Below are positions 49,203-60,538 of a DNA stretch of 64,000 bases, one piece after another (positions within the stretch are counted from its first letter, which is position 1; the number at the start of each line of letters is the position of its first letter). The stretch is from an uncultured Gemmataceae bacterium (lineage in GTDB: Bacteria > Planctomycetota > Planctomycetia > Gemmatales > Gemmataceae). The DNA is taken from positions 1,152,001 to 1,216,000 of the forward strand of contig CAVVPN010000004.1 in the NCBI GenBank assembly GCA_963750165.1, given 5' to 3'. A program made the position numbers and the translations under genes. Under the pieces are notes generated by a model that was given only the letters and a program-made list of their open reading frames with translations, did not search any database and was not told the origin of the DNA.

Positions 49203-50957
49203 TCACGCCTTGATGATGTCGCGCACGGTCATGCCGCCGGGGATCATCGGCAGCACGTGCTCCTGGTACGGCACCATGACGTTGAGCACGTACGGCTGTT
49301 TGCTGTCGATCATCTCGTTGAGGGCCGCGTCGAGGTCCTCCTTGGCGGAGACGGTGCGGGCGGCGCACTTGAAACCCTTGACCATCGTCTCGAAGTCCGG
49401 GTACGGCTCCTGGTCGTGGCCGGCCCCCAGGTAAGTGTGGGCGCGGTTGCTTTCGTAAAAGCGGTCCTCCCACTGCATCACCATGCCCAGGTGCTGGTTG
49501 TTCAGCAGCAGTACCTTGACCGGCAGGTGTTCGGTATAAGCACACGCCAGCTCCTGGATGTTCATCAGGAAACTGCCGTCGCCGTCGATGTCGATGACGG
49601 TCTTGTGCGGGAACGCGGCCTGGGCGCCCATCGCCGCGGGCAGGCCGAAGCCCATCGAACCGAGGCCGCCACTGGTGAACCACGACCGCGGCTTGTTGAA
49701 ATGGAAGTACTGCGCTGCCCACATCTGGTGCTGGCCCACGCCGGTGGTGACGATGGTGTCGTCCAGCTGGCCGCGGTCGCGCAGCACCTGCCACAGCCGC
49801 TCGATGGCGTACTGCGGCACAATGGCGTCCTCGCGGTCCTGGTAGCACAGCGGCTCCGTCGCGCGCCAGTCCTCGATCTGCCGCACCCAGTCCGTCAGGC
49901 GGTCGCCGCGCTGCACGTCCGCCGCCGCCGGCTCGTCGAGCAACTTCACCAGCTCCGGCAGCGCCTGGCCCAGGTCCGCGATGATCGGCACATGCGCCGC
50001 CTTGATCTTGTTGATCTCCGACGGATCGATGTCGATGTGGACGATCTTGCCGTGCTTGGCGAACTCGCTGACCTTGCCCGTGACGCGGTCGTCGAACCGG
50101 ACGCCGAAGGCCAGCAGCAGGTCCGCCTCGTTGATGGCGTAGTTGGCGTAAATGGTGCCGTGCATGCCCAGCATTTGCAGGCACAGGAAGTGCTCGCTGG
50201 GGAAGGCGCCCAGGCCGTGGACCGTCAGCGCCACCGGGATGCCGGTGCGCTCCGCGAAGGCCCGCAGTGCCGCGGAGGCGTTGGCGGTGATGACGCCGCC
50301 GCCGGCGTAGATGATCGGCTTGCGGCTGCGGCGCACCATGTCGAGCACGACCAGCAACTGCTCGCGCGTGGCGGCGCGCTGGGGGCGGTAGCCGGGCAGG
50401 TTCATGGGCGGGTCGTAGTCCGGCACGATGCAGCGGTTCTGGACGTCCTTGGGCAGATCGACGATGACCGGGCCGGGCCGACCGGTGGTGGCGAGGTAGA
50501 ACGCCTCCTTGACGACGCGGGCGATGTCCTCGGTGCGCGTCACGAGGTAGTGGTGCTTGGTGATGGGCCGGCAGATTTCGACAATGGGCGTCTCCTGAAA
50601 CGCATCGGTGCCAATGACGTGCGTGCCGACCTGGCCGGTGATGGCGAGCAGCGGCACGGAGTCCATCTTGGCGTCGGCGAGGCTGGTGACGAGGTTGGTG
50701 GCACCGGGGCCGCTGGTGGCCATGCAGACGCCGACCTTGCCGCTGGCGCGGGCGTAGCCCTCGGCCGCGAAACCGCCCCCCTGCTCGTGTCGCGGCAGAA
50801 TGGTGCGCACCTGGTGCTGGAAGCGCGTCAGGGCCTGGTGCAGCGGCATGCTGGCGCCGCCTGGATAGGCGAACACCACTTCGATGCCGTGGTTGACCAG
50901 GCACTGCACCAGGATGTCGGCACCGGACTGCGGTTTCACTGTCGGCTCACTCATCAA
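49203..50957 (-). CDS. ilvB: Acetolactate synthase large subunit
   Basis: [48 protein letters not shown] and IDGDGSF motifs. Confidence 0.97.
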   Translation of the reverse strand: MMSEPTVKPQSGADILVQCLVNHGIEVVFAYPGGASMPLHQALTRFQHQVRTILPRHEQGGGFAAEGYARASGKVGVCMATSGPGATNLVTSLADAKMDSVPLLAITGQVGTHVIGTDAFQETPIVEICRPITKHHYLVTRTEDIARVVKEAFYLATTGRPGPVIVDLPKDVQNRCIVPDYDPPMNLPGYRPQRAATREQLLVVLDMVRRSRKPIIYAGGGVITANASAALRAFAERTGIPVALTVHGLGAFPSEHFLCLQMLGMHGTIYANYAINEADLLLAFGVRFDDRVTGKVSEFAKHGKIVHIDIDPSEINKIKAAHVPIIADLGQALPELVKLLDEPAAADVQRGDRLTDWVRQIEDWRATEPLCYQDREDAIVPQYAIERLWQVLRDRGQLDDTIVTTGVGQHQMWAAQYFHFNKPRSWFTSGGLGSMGFGLPAAMGAQAAFPHKTVIDIDGDGSFLMNIQELACAYTEHLPVKVLLLNNQHLGMVMQWEDRFYESNRAHTYLGAGHDQEPYPDFETMVKGFKCAARTVSAKEDLDAALNEMIDSKQPYVLNVMVPYQEHVLPMIPGGMTVRDIIKA

Positions 50958-51226
50958 TGACCTCGAATGCGTGTGCGGGGCGTGTGACGGCGGAGGCGTT
51001 TGAGGTAATCATAGCAGGTGCGGCCAGAGGGGAAGGTGAAAAGTGAAAAGTTTAGGAGTTACGTACACCTGAAAGGTGGCAAATTAGCTCTCTTGTCCTA
51101 ACTCGACGATGGGAGTAGACTTAAGGTGAGGGAAGCGCGACCGGTTGCGATGCCTCGGACAACACTCCAATCCGCATTTGTGTTCTTTGTGTCTTTGTGG
51201 TGAAATCCCTCTTCCGAGATGCGTTC

Positions 51227-52069
51227 ATGTTTCAAGTGTTCAAGAAGCTGAAGTATGCCGCCCGCGTGTTGCTATCGCGCGGCGGCGGGCAGCCCGAGAC
51301 CATCGAGGTCGCCGGCCGGCCCACCGTCCTGATGCACGGCGGCGATGGGCCGCCCCTGGTGTACCTGCACAGCACCCTCGGCGAGTCGCAGATGTGGCTG
51401 CCGTTCTACCAGACGTGGGCGAAGCAGTTCCGCACCCTGGTGCCGACGCACCCCGGCTTCGGCAAGAGCGGCGGCTTTGACCTGATCGACACGATTGAGG
51501 ACATGGCCTTCCATTATCTGGAGCTGTTCGACACCCTCGGCCTGGACGAAGTGTGTCTGGGCGGCGTCAGCCTCGGCGGCTGGATCGCGGCGGAGTTCGC
51601 GGTGCGCTGGCCGGAGCGTGTCAAGAAGCTGTGGATCTGCAACGCCCCGGGGCTGCGCGTCGAGAGCACGCCGCTCGGCGATCTGTTCCGCTACCTGCAG
51701 GACCGCGACAAGCTCCGCGAACTGCTCTTCCACGATCCGAAGTCGGCGCTGGCGACGCTCATCCTCAGGGACAACCCGGACGAGGAGACGCTGCTGAACG
51801 CTTACCAGGCGATGACGGTGCTGGCCCGGTTGACCTGGGAGCGGCCCTACGACCCGAAACTGGCGGCCCGGCTGCACCGCGTTCGCTGCCCCACGCTGCT
51901 GCTCTGGGGGGCGCACGACCGATTGGTGCCGCCGGCCTACGGCGAGGAGTATCGCAAGTACATCGCCGGCGCGGAACTGCAATTGATCCCGGACTGCGGC
52001 CACCTGCCGATGTTCGAGCAGGAAAAAGCGTTTGTGGCGGCGGTGGCGCGGTTCTGCGCCGCGGCGTAA
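51227..52069 (+). CDS. Alpha/beta fold hydrolase
   Basis: GVSLGG nucleophile elbow, WGAHDRLVP and CGHLP motifs. Confidence 0.92.
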   Translation: MFQVFKKLKYAARVLLSRGGGQPETIEVAGRPTVLMHGGDGPPLVYLHSTLGESQMWLPFYQTWAKQFRTLVPTHPGFGKSGGFDLIDTIEDMAFHYLELFDTLGLDEVCLGGVSLGGWIAAEFAVRWPERVKKLWICNAPGLRVESTPLGDLFRYLQDRDKLRELLFHDPKSALATLILRDNPDEETLLNAYQAMTVLARLTWERPYDPKLAARLHRVRCPTLLLWGAHDRLVPPAYGEEYRKYIAGAELQLIPDCGHLPMFEQEKAFVAAVARFCAAA

Positions 52070-52080
52070 GGCAAACTCCC

Positions 52081-53118
52081 ATGTGGTACGGCTACCTCCT
52101 CTCCCTGGTGACCCTGACGGCCCCCGCCCAGCCAGGACCGGCGCTCGTGACGTTCAAGGGCCACACGCTCCCCGTCTGGGGCGTGGCGTTCTCGCCCGAC
52201 GGCTCCTTGCTGGCCTCCGCCAGTTCGGACCGCACCGTCAAGGTCTGGGACGTGGCCGTTGGCAAGGCGAAGTTCACCCTGACCGGCCACAAGAATTTCG
52301 TCACCTGCGTGGCCTTTTCGCCCGACGGCGCCACGCTGGCCTCGGGCGGTTACGACGGCACGGTACGGCTGTGGGACGCGGCCACGGGCAAGGAGCGGCG
52401 GGTACTGCACCAGGGCCGCGGCCTGGTGTGTGCCCTGGCGTTTTCGCCGTGTGGCAAATTACTGGCGTGGGGCTGCACGGACGGCACGGTGCGGCTGTGG
52501 GACGTGGCCGCCGGCAAGGGACGGCCGCCCCTGCGCGGCCACGACGAGGCGGTGCCGGCGCTGGCGTTCTCGGCGGACGGCCGGCTGCTGGCGACCGGCG
52601 GCGAAGACCGGACCATCCGTCTCTGGGACGTGGCGACGCGCCGGGAGCTGGCGACGCTGACCGGCCACGGCAAGGGCGTGACCGGGCTGGCGTTCAGCGG
52701 CGATGGCAAGGTGCTGGCGTCCACGGGGCTGGACCGGCACGTCAAGCTGTGGTCGGTGCCGCTGTTGAACGAACTGCTGGACCGGAGCGGTGGCGGTTCG
52801 GGACCGGCGGCGCTGGCGCCGTTCGCGGGCTGCAAGGCACTGGTGCAACGGGCGGGGCCGCTGGTCCGGACGCTGACGGGGCACAAGCAGTGGGCGACCG
52901 CGGTGGCGGTGCGGCCCGACGGCCGGGTGCTGGCGACCGCGGGCGGCGAATTCACGCGCGCGGGCAGTGTCCGGCTGTGGCGGCTGGCGGACGGCCAGCT
53001 GCTGCGGACATTGGAGCAGACGGCGGGGCCGGCGCGGGGCGTGGCGTTCGCGCCGGACGGCCGGCGGTTGGCGTGCGCCGCGGGCAAGACGGTGTGCGTG
53101 TGGCTGATGCCGGAGTAA
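52081..53118 (+). CDS. WD40 repeat protein
   Basis: Repeated GH..V..VAFSPDG..LAS...D.TV.LWD. Confidence 0.95.
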   Translation: MWYGYLLSLVTLTAPAQPGPALVTFKGHTLPVWGVAFSPDGSLLASASSDRTVKVWDVAVGKAKFTLTGHKNFVTCVAFSPDGATLASGGYDGTVRLWDAATGKERRVLHQGRGLVCALAFSPCGKLLAWGCTDGTVRLWDVAAGKGRPPLRGHDEAVPALAFSADGRLLATGGEDRTIRLWDVATRRELATLTGHGKGVTGLAFSGDGKVLASTGLDRHVKLWSVPLLNELLDRSGGGSGPAALAPFAGCKALVQRAGPLVRTLTGHKQWATAVAVRPDGRVLATAGGEFTRAGSVRLWRLADGQLLRTLEQTAGPARGVAFAPDGRRLACAAGKTVCVWLMPE

Positions 53119-53183
53119 GGGTCCGAGCCCGAGCGCTCGCGCGGGGCCTGCTTGGCCCCTCGCGGGCGCTCGGGCTCGGACCC
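53119..53183. repeat. Intergenic inverted repeat between convergent genes
   Basis: GGGTCCGAGCCCGAGCGC...GCGCTCGGGCTCGGACCC. Confidence 0.7.
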
Positions 53184-53190
53184 CGGAACC

Positions 53191-54402
53191 TTAGCGGTAA
53201 AATGCCACGCTCGCGAAGCTGACGCTCTCGACGCCGCGCGGGTGGACGTACTGATCGTAGTGCAGCACCTGGCCGCAGCGCGGCTTCAGCGCCTCCAGCA
53301 GCGTGTAGGTCGGCGGCAGACCGCAGATGCGGCGGGCGTCGAGTTCGTCGGCGATCACGCGGAAGTAACCGTGCGGGTCGCCCGCCTCCAGGTGGTACAG
53401 CAGCGACAGGTCCTGGTTGCGGCTCTGCTCCAGCAGCGGCGGCGTCACCGGCACCGGGTCGCGGAACTTCGGCCCGATGTGCGCCAGGTCGCCGCTAATC
53501 AAGTAGCAAATCGGCTCGTCGATCTCCGCCTCCACGCACCGCAGCGCCGCGACCATGCGACCGACCTCCGGCTGCGCCGTCGGCGCCCGTCCCTCCTCCA
53601 CACAATCCTGGAACGACCCCACCACCAGCGGCACAATGCGAATCGGCCGCTTCTGTTCGTACAGGTATTGCAGAAACACCACCTCCAGTTCGATGGAGTG
53701 CTCCGGCAAGTGGGCCATCTCGTCGTCGAACAGGCCAGCGCCGTAGTGGTGGACGAGGCGGTCGATGTAGCGCTGGTCGGTCGGGGCGACGCCGAGCGGT
53801 GTCTGGAAATCCTTGCGCGTCAGGGTGAAACGGTGGCCGCTGTAGTGCGACGTGCCGATGATGACGAACAGCGCCGCCGGTGTGCGCTCGTAAACCTCCT
53901 TGAAGCCCCAGGCGTAGGTGCCGCCACCGCGCTGATAGTCGATGTGCGGCACCAGGGCGGCGCGCAGCGCGTTGTCGGGCCGCAGATCGCGCGGCGTACC
54001 CGGCCCGCGCGGACCGGTGAACAGCTGCCCCAGCTGCCGCCGCAGCGCCGCCGGTTCGCCCTCATAGCAGCCGACATGGCGCGGCGGCCGCACTGGCGCC
54101 TCGGCCAGCTCGCGGAAGCGCGGCCCCTCCAGGTATAGATCCTCGTCGAGCCGGCGGACCAGCTCGGTCAGGGGTTCGAGCGGCAACAATTCGTCGCCGC
54201 ACTGACGCAGGACTTCCTGGTGGATGTCGCGGACGGTACGGCGGCCGTCGAACCAGCGCAGCAAGTGGAACTCGGTCGGCGACAGCCGCCGCGGCGTCGG
54301 ACTCAGCCCCAGGTGATCGACAAGGTAGCCGGACTGGGGGTCACGCGGGTCCTGCACGGAAGCGACGTGCGGACGAAGCTGCGGGCGACTCATGGTGAGC
54401 AT
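53191..54402 (-). CDS. amrB: AmmeMemoRadiSam system protein B (MEMO1 family) with N-terminal extension
   Basis: VPHIDY, IGTSH, EHSIELE, SGDLAHIG and ICGLPP motifs. Confidence 0.9.
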   Translation of the reverse strand: MLTMSRPQLRPHVASVQDPRDPQSGYLVDHLGLSPTPRRLSPTEFHLLRWFDGRRTVRDIHQEVLRQCGDELLPLEPLTELVRRLDEDLYLEGPRFRELAEAPVRPPRHVGCYEGEPAALRRQLGQLFTGPRGPGTPRDLRPDNALRAALVPHIDYQRGGGTYAWGFKEVYERTPAALFVIIGTSHYSGHRFTLTRKDFQTPLGVAPTDQRYIDRLVHHYGAGLFDDEMAHLPEHSIELEVVFLQYLYEQKRPIRIVPLVVGSFQDCVEEGRAPTAQPEVGRMVAALRCVEAEIDEPICYLISGDLAHIGPKFRDPVPVTPPLLEQSRNQDLSLLYHLEAGDPHGYFRVIADELDARRICGLPPTYTLLEALKPRCGQVLHYDQYVHPRGVESVSFASVAFYR

Positions 54403-54590
54403 CCTTCGACTCCATACGGGGTGCGCACGGTGATCGAGCCGGGAAGAGACGGTGAAGAGATTATAAAATGTGTGTGGCTCAAAGCAATTTCCAAAATCGG
54501 CAATTTGGCGATTTTGTCGCCGCCCCTGGGAGCGCTTTGGCCAGTGGTTTTTCCTTCCCGCCGCCCGGGCCGGGTGGTAAACTAACGGGT

Positions 54591-55329
54591 ATGAACACCA
54601 CCATTCTCCCTCGCTGGACCTTCCTGGGCGTGCTGGCGCTCTGCCTGGCCGCCCCCGGCTGTTACCCCGACGACGAGGCGCACCAGGACGGCTCGGTCAA
54701 GCCGCCGAACCAGGGCGCCGGCGCCAAGCGCGTCGCCATGGGCAAGAACGTCACGCTGGAGATCGACGGCCCGACACGGCGCGTACTGGTCAACGCGGTC
54801 GTCTGCCGCCGTGCCGAACAACTGGAGCAGCTGCTGTGCCGCAAGCGCACCAAGGAACACGAGGCGGTGCTGGCCGCGGACGTGGACGCGCGGCACATCC
54901 ACGCCGCGCTGCTGGCCGCCGGCGCCGTGGCGGGCAGTCCGGTCAAGTTCCAGCCCAAGCTGACCGCGCCGACGGGCACCGTCATCAAGGTGTTGCTGCG
55001 CTACACGGCGAAGGGCCAGACGGTCACGGTGCCGGCGCAGCAGTGGATTCGTCAGCGCCAAGACCAAGAAGTTGCTGGAGCACGACTGGGTGTTCGCCGG
55101 CAGCGTCCTCTACCCCGACCCGTTCGACAAGACCAAGCCGCCGATCTACGCCGCCAACGAAGGCGACATCATCTGCGTCGCCAACTTCGAGAGCGCCATG
55201 CTCGACCTGGCCGTGGTCAGCACCAAGGACAACGACGACCTCGCCTACGAGGCCAACACCGAGCGCATCCCCGCCCTGGAGACGCCCGTGGTCGTGATCC
55301 TGGAGCCGGTGCCGGCGAAGAAGAAGTAG
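54591..55329 (+). CDS. YdjY-domain lipoprotein (frameshift near 55054)
   Basis: Lipobox-like APGC; LEQLLC..TKEHEAVL; DWVFAGS..GDIICVANF in the second frame. Confidence 0.75.
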
Positions 55330-55343
55330 CCGCTTTTTCAGAA

Positions 55344-55392
55344 GGTGTTGGCGAGCGGCGCGGCGTCAGCCCGCCGTGCGCTCGCCAACACC
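55344..55392. repeat. Intergenic inverted repeat
   Basis: GGTGTTGGCGAGCG...CGCTCGCCAACACC. Confidence 0.65.
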
Positions 55393-55401
55393 AACCGCCA
55401 T

Positions 55402-56475
55402 TCAATCCCCCGCCAGCGGCAGGTCGATCACCTCACCCGACTGGGCGCTGAGCGCCACCGCCTCGGTGAACTCCATGTACGCCACGCCGGTCGCGAAATC
55501 GGTGAAGCGCACTGGCGTGCCCGCGCGGATGGCCTCGACGAACTCCGCCTCCACCCGCCAGCCGCCCGCCTTCTCCTTCGGAATCGGAATCTCCGGCAGT
55601 TCATCGAGCCGCACCCCCTTGGGCGCGTCGCGGCGGTTGGCGCCCCGGATCCAGTCGGAGAGCAGATCGTAGCACAGCACGCCCTCGCTGCCGTACAGGT
55701 GGACCGCCAGTTGCTGGCCGAAGGGTGTCATGCCGCTGAAGTGATACGTGGCCCGCGCCCCGTTCTGCAGCACCGCCAGCACCTGCACGCTGTCCGGCGT
55801 GCCGACCGGCCGGCGCACGCCGCTCTCGGCGTCAATGCGCGACGGAATAAAGGCGTGGACCTGCGCCAGCACACGCACCGGCGGCGGCGCCCAGCGCAGC
55901 AGCGTCTCGTGGACGATGCCCAGCGTCAGCATGTTGAAGCCGGACAGGGCCGCGTCCTGCCGCCACGACAGCGGCGCTGCTGGGTCCGCCAGGGCCGCGT
56001 TCAGACCGACGACCTGTACCTCGCGCAGCTCGCCGAGGTAGCCGGCCTGGAGCAGCTCCGCCATGACGCGGTGGCCCTTGAGGCCGAACGGGCTGGGCAC
56101 CACCTGCGTGACCAGTTGCGGCCGGGCCTGGGCAGCGGCGAACATGCGCCGCGCCTCGGCGGTGGTCAGGCTGAGGCGGGCCTCGGTCAGCACATGCTTG
56201 CCGGCCTCCAGCGCCGCCAGCGTGATCGGGCAGTGCAGGTTCGGCCAGGTGCCGATGACCACCGCGTCGATGTCCGGGTTGGCGATCACGTCCTGCCAGT
56301 GTTCGTAGCAGCGCGGGATGTCGAAGTCGCGGGCCACGGCAATGGTCGATTCCGGCCGGCGGTTGCAGACCGCCAGCAGGCGCACCTCGGGCAGCGCTCG
56401 CAGGCCGGGGATGTGCCGCAGCCGGGTGTTCGCCCCCGCCCCGATCAGGCCGATGTTCAGCGTTTTGAGTGCCAT
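55402..56475 (-). CDS. Gfo/Idh/MocA family oxidoreductase
   Basis: IGLIGAG, DIDAVVIGTW..LH and AGKHVLTEARL motifs. Confidence 0.93.
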   Translation of the reverse strand: MALKTLNIGLIGAGANTRLRHIPGLRALPEVRLLAVCNRRPESTIAVARDFDIPRCYEHWQDVIANPDIDAVVIGTWPNLHCPITLAALEAGKHVLTEARLSLTTAEARRMFAAAQARPQLVTQVVPSPFGLKGHRVMAELLQAGYLGELREVQVVGLNAALADPAAPLSWRQDAALSGFNMLTLGIVHETLLRWAPPPVRVLAQVHAFIPSRIDAESGVRRPVGTPDSVQVLAVLQNGARATYHFSGMTPFGQQLAVHLYGSEGVLCYDLLSDWIRGANRRDAPKGVRLDELPEIPIPKEKAGGWRVEAEFVEAIRAGTPVRFTDFATGVAYMEFTEAVALSAQSGEVIDLPLAGD

Positions 56476-56580
56476 GCTCGCTCGCTCCTCCGCGCCGTCC
56501 CGGACAGTCACCCGGGGATTTTTTTATCCTGCCCCTATAATCTTGGCAAACGGCCGCACCCTCGTGACGGAGCCAACGCC

Positions 56581-58020
56581 ATGACCAACAACCCCGCCGC
56601 CCCGTCCCGGAAACAGCCGTGGGTCGCATTGGCGGTCGTCCTCGCCGCCAGCGGCATTGCTGTGTACACCTGCTGGCAGCACGCAACCGGCCCCGTCTCC
56701 CCCACGCCGGCCCCGGCGCCATTAAAATCCCTGGCCGTGAGCCGCACCTTGACCGGCCCACTCCACCGCTACCACTCCGTCGCTTTTTACACGAAAGGCG
56801 GGCAGTTAATTGCGCTGGACGAGCGCGGCGCCCTGCAATACTGGGACGTGAAAACGGCTCGGGTCACTTACACCAGCTTCCCGCGCACCGCGAGTTGGCG
56901 GCGGGGGGCCGCCTGGGTGCGGCCCTTCACCCGCGTCCGCGGGCAAGACCGGCCCCACCAGTTGCGGGCCACGGTGCTCGCGGTCGGCGCCCCCGCCGGC
57001 CTGGCGCCGACGCTGCTGCCGCTGGGGTTGACCGCCCACCTGCTCGACCGGGTACACCGCCAGGCCGCGTGGGAGCGGCGGCGCGTGCTCATCCAGGCGG
57101 GCTTGCTGTTCGGGCCGCTCTCGGAGCGGGCGGCGGCGCTGGCCCTCCCCCCGCAGGAGCTGGACCAGCTGGTCCCGCCCGACCCGGACCTGTGGCTGAC
57201 CGCCAGCTACTTTTTTGGCCCCTGGCACGTGGTCGGGGACCGGGACCAGCCGGGCGTGGTCATGATGTTTTCCCTCCTGTATCCGCCAGACCCGTCGGCG
57301 TTGACGACGAGATCCGAGGCTCGTCGGCAGGAGTTGTTCTGGTGTGAGTTGGCCCACCTTGGCGAAGATTACCATGAGAGCGAGCCGACGGCCACGTTCT
57401 GGTTGTTCGGCGAATTGCTCTGGCACATCAACTTTTCCCGGGACGGCACCCGGCTGTTACTCAGCGGCCGGGACAAGAGCTGGTATCTTCTGGAGAAGAA
57501 ACCCGGGCCGAACTGGGATTACGACCAGCGCAAGTTGACCTTCGCCCCCGAGGCCGGTCTGACCCCCCTGGCGTTGCTGCCGGACGGCAAGCACATTCTG
57601 GCCCACGACGCGGCCAGGGCCGTGGGCATCTGGGAGGCGGACACCGGCAAGCAGTTGCGGGCGCTGGCGGGCTCGGAGTACAGGGAGTCGCCCTTCGGTT
57701 TGAGCCCGGACGGCCAGCGCCTCGCGGTCTGTGATGGCACCGACGTGGTGGTGTGGGACCTCGGCACGGGCCAGCCGGAGAGCCGCCTGCTGGGGCTCGG
57801 GAAGCGAACCGAGCAGCTGGTGTTCGCGCCCAACGGTCGCCTCTTGCTTAGCGCCGGCGCCGGCCCCCTGCGCATCTGGGACGTGGACACGGGCCGGGAA
57901 CGCTACCGGCTGGTGTACGAGGGCGAGGCCCCAGCGTCGGTGGCGTTCGCTCCGGACGGCCGCCAGGTGGCCGCGGCGGTCGGGCGTGAGATACTGATCT
58001 GGAACCTGCCCGCGGACTGA
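56581..58020 (+). CDS. Membrane-anchored WD40 repeat protein
   Basis: N-terminal TM segment; C-terminal FAPNGR/FAPDGR..IWD repeats. Confidence 0.85.
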   Translation: MTNNPAAPSRKQPWVALAVVLAASGIAVYTCWQHATGPVSPTPAPAPLKSLAVSRTLTGPLHRYHSVAFYTKGGQLIALDERGALQYWDVKTARVTYTSFPRTASWRRGAAWVRPFTRVRGQDRPHQLRATVLAVGAPAGLAPTLLPLGLTAHLLDRVHRQAAWERRRVLIQAGLLFGPLSERAAALALPPQELDQLVPPDPDLWLTASYFFGPWHVVGDRDQPGVVMMFSLLYPPDPSALTTRSEARRQELFWCELAHLGEDYHESEPTATFWLFGELLWHINFSRDGTRLLLSGRDKSWYLLEKKPGPNWDYDQRKLTFAPEAGLTPLALLPDGKHILAHDAARAVGIWEADTGKQLRALAGSEYRESPFGLSPDGQRLAVCDGTDVVVWDLGTGQPESRLLGLGKRTEQLVFAPNGRLLLSAGAGPLRIWDVDTGRERYRLVYEGEAPASVAFAPDGRQVAAAVGREILIWNLPAD

Positions 58021-58042
58021 CCGCGGGGCGCCTTCTTTTCTT

Positions 58043-58086
58043 CGTTTACGTTTCGCGCGAACTGCTACCCGCGCGAAACGTAAACG
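58043..58086. terminator. Hairpin between convergent genes
   Basis: CGTTTACGTTTCGCGCG...CGCGCGAAACGTAAACG. Confidence 0.55.
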
Positions 58087-58101
58087 GGCTCTGGTGTCGT
58101 C

Positions 58102-60411
58102 TCAGCGCCCGCCGGCCGGTAGGTTCTGCTGCAGATAGCGCGTCAACAATCCAAACAGGTGCCGCCGCGTGTTCCGGCCCTCGCTGATGCTGTGCGACCG
58201 ATTCGGATACGCCATCATCGTGAAGTGCTTGTTGTGCGCGATCAGTTCATCGATCAGTGCCTCGGTGCCGGCGTAGTGGCAGTTATCGTCGCCGGTGCCG
58301 TGGACGAGCAGCAGGTTGCCCTTGAGCTTGTGAGCGTGTGTGATCGGCGAGCCGTCGCGGTAGCCGGCCGGGTTGTCCTCCGGCAAACCCATGAAACGCT
58401 CCTGATAGATCGTATCGTAATAGCGCTGGTTGGGCACCGGCGCGATCGCCATTGCGGTGTGATAGAGGTCGGGATAGCGGAAGATGGCGTTCAGGCTCAT
58501 GGAACCGCCGCCGCTCCAGCCCCAGATGCCGACGCGCGTCGGATCGACGAACGCCCAGCGCTTCTGAATCGCCTTGACCGCCTCGGCCTGGTCGCGCGCC
58601 GCCAGGATGCCGACCTGGCGGTAAATGCATTTGCGCCAGTCGCGGCCGCGCGGCGCCGGCGTGCCGCGGTTATCCACGCTCATCACCAGGTAGCCGTGTT
58701 GCGCGAGCATCTGGTGCCAGAGGTAATTGGTGCCACCCCAGTGGTCCTGCACCGTGTTGCCGGCCGGCTCGCCGTAGACGTGGAACAGGACAGGGTATTT
58801 TTTCGTCGCGTCGAAGTCCGGCGGCTTGATGACCCAGCCATCCAGCTCGACACCGTTGCCGATGTCCACGCGGAAGAACTCCGGCGACCGAATTTTCAGG
58901 GATTTGAGTTTGGCGCTCAGGTTCTTGTTGTCCGCCAGTGTCCGCAGGGATTTGTGGTCCGGCAGTGTGACGAGATCAATCACCGGCGGCGTGGCGGCGC
59001 TGGAATAGGTGTGGATGGCGTAACGGCCGTCGGGCGAAATGTTGTAGTTGTGCCAGCCGGGCTGCTCGGCGGGCGAGACCTGCTGGGCGGCGCTGCCGTC
59101 GAGCTTGACGCGCCAGAGGTATTTTTGCGTGGCGTTCTTGGGCGAGGCGTAGTAGTAGAGCCAGCCGCTCTTTTCGTGGACGGCGGCCACGTCGATGATG
59201 TCGGCGCCGGGTGGGGTGATGGGTTTCAGTGCCCCGTCAGCGCGGTTGACCTTGTAGGCGCGCTTGCGGCCGTCGCGGTCGCTGACCCAGGTGAAAGTCT
59301 TGTTACTGTCTAGCCAGTGGACGTGGTCGCACACGTCTACCCAGGCTTTATCTTTTTCTGCAAGAACAACGTTGCCGGGAATTCCTGTTTTGTACGAATT
59401 GAACTCCCCCTGGGGTATATCAAACGGCCCACACAAGGCGACAATGTTGGTGTTTTGCAAGCGATTCAACTGCTGGACGACAACCGTTTTTTCATTGGGA
59501 ATCCAGTCCATGCGTGCAATATAGTGGCTTTGCGTCTCCTTCGGCGGGCTAACCCAATAGGGGGTGCCTCCACCGGCGTTGACGATCCGGATCGAACAGG
59601 TGGCATTGGGCCGGCCCGTCTTTGGGTACTTGAACTTGGCAAGTTGCTGGTACAATCCGTTGATGTTGTTCACCAGGAAATAATCGTCCACGCCGCTCGT
59701 GTCCAGTTGCCAGAACGCGATGTGCTTGCCGTCCGGGCTCCAGCGGAAGCCGTCGTACAGCGAAAACTCCTCCTCGTACACCCAGTCAAACGTGCCATTG
59801 ATGATGTGAGGCGATTTGGTTTCCGTGACTTGCTTGACCTTCTTCGAGTTCAAATCCTCCACGTAAATATTGCGGTCGTGGACATACGCCACACGGGTGT
59901 TGTCCGGTGAAAAGCGGGCGTGCATCAGCGTGGATGGCTTGGCGTCCACCCCGAGCTTACGCAGCTCGCGGCTGGTGGTGTCGTAGACGTAGTAATCGCC
60001 GCGCGTGTTCCTGCGCCAGACGCGCTTCGAGTTGGTGTAGATCAGCACCAGTGCCTCGTTGGCGGACCACTGATAATCGTCGATGCTCAGCGGCCGCGTC
60101 GCGTCCCGGGGGATCAGGTTGCCCGCGGACACCAGCACCGTCTGCTTGCCCGTGGCGGGGTCGATGCGCACGATGTCCTCGGCGCCCTTGGCGGTCTCGG
60201 ACGGCTCCAGGCGTGTGTAACCGCCCTGCTTCGGCAGCCAGTGAACGGAGCCGTAGCCCGCCGCGCCGAACTCGCCGGACGCGAAGATGCGGTCGATGCT
60301 CAGGCGGCCCGGGTCGGCCTCTTTTTGCTGGGCCGGCGCGACCGGGGCGGACGCCAGGAACAACAGCGCCAGCACTACGAAGCGCGGGCAAGCGTGGCGG
60401 ACGGCAAACAT
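58102..60411 (-). CDS. S9B dipeptidyl-peptidase IV family protein
   Basis: NGTFDWVYEEE, GIWGWSGGG, HGTGDDNCH and YPNRSH motifs; signal peptide. Confidence 0.95.
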   Translation of the reverse strand: MFAVRHACPRFVVLALLFLASAPVAPAQQKEADPGRLSIDRIFASGEFGAAGYGSVHWLPKQGGYTRLEPSETAKGAEDIVRIDPATGKQTVLVSAGNLIPRDATRPLSIDDYQWSANEALVLIYTNSKRVWRRNTRGDYYVYDTTSRELRKLGVDAKPSTLMHARFSPDNTRVAYVHDRNIYVEDLNSKKVKQVTETKSPHIINGTFDWVYEEEFSLYDGFRWSPDGKHIAFWQLDTSGVDDYFLVNNINGLYQQLAKFKYPKTGRPNATCSIRIVNAGGGTPYWVSPPKETQSHYIARMDWIPNEKTVVVQQLNRLQNTNIVALCGPFDIPQGEFNSYKTGIPGNVVLAEKDKAWVDVCDHVHWLDSNKTFTWVSDRDGRKRAYKVNRADGALKPITPPGADIIDVAAVHEKSGWLYYYASPKNATQKYLWRVKLDGSAAQQVSPAEQPGWHNYNISPDGRYAIHTYSSAATPPVIDLVTLPDHKSLRTLADNKNLSAKLKSLKIRSPEFFRVDIGNGVELDGWVIKPPDFDATKKYPVLFHVYGEPAGNTVQDHWGGTNYLWHQMLAQHGYLVMSVDNRGTPAPRGRDWRKCIYRQVGILAARDQAEAVKAIQKRWAFVDPTRVGIWGWSGGGSMSLNAIFRYPDLYHTAMAIAPVPNQRYYDTIYQERFMGLPEDNPAGYRDGSPITHAHKLKGNLLLVHGTGDDNCHYAGTEALIDELIAHNKHFTMMAYPNRSHSISEGRNTRRHLFGLLTRYLQQNLPAGGR

Positions 60412-60441
60412 TGGCACATCTCCTGAAGGCCGACCAGGGAT

Positions 60442-60495
60442 CAAATCTCGACGTATGAAAAAGTTGGCTCCCTTGGCTCCCTTGGCTCCCTTGCT
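60442..60495. repeat. 54-bp dispersed repeat, copy 2
   Basis: Matches 49108-49161. Confidence 0.85.
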
Positions 60496-60538
60496 CGGTC
60501 AGCCGGCGTCAGCGAGGGGCGGGCCGTGCCAGCCGGCT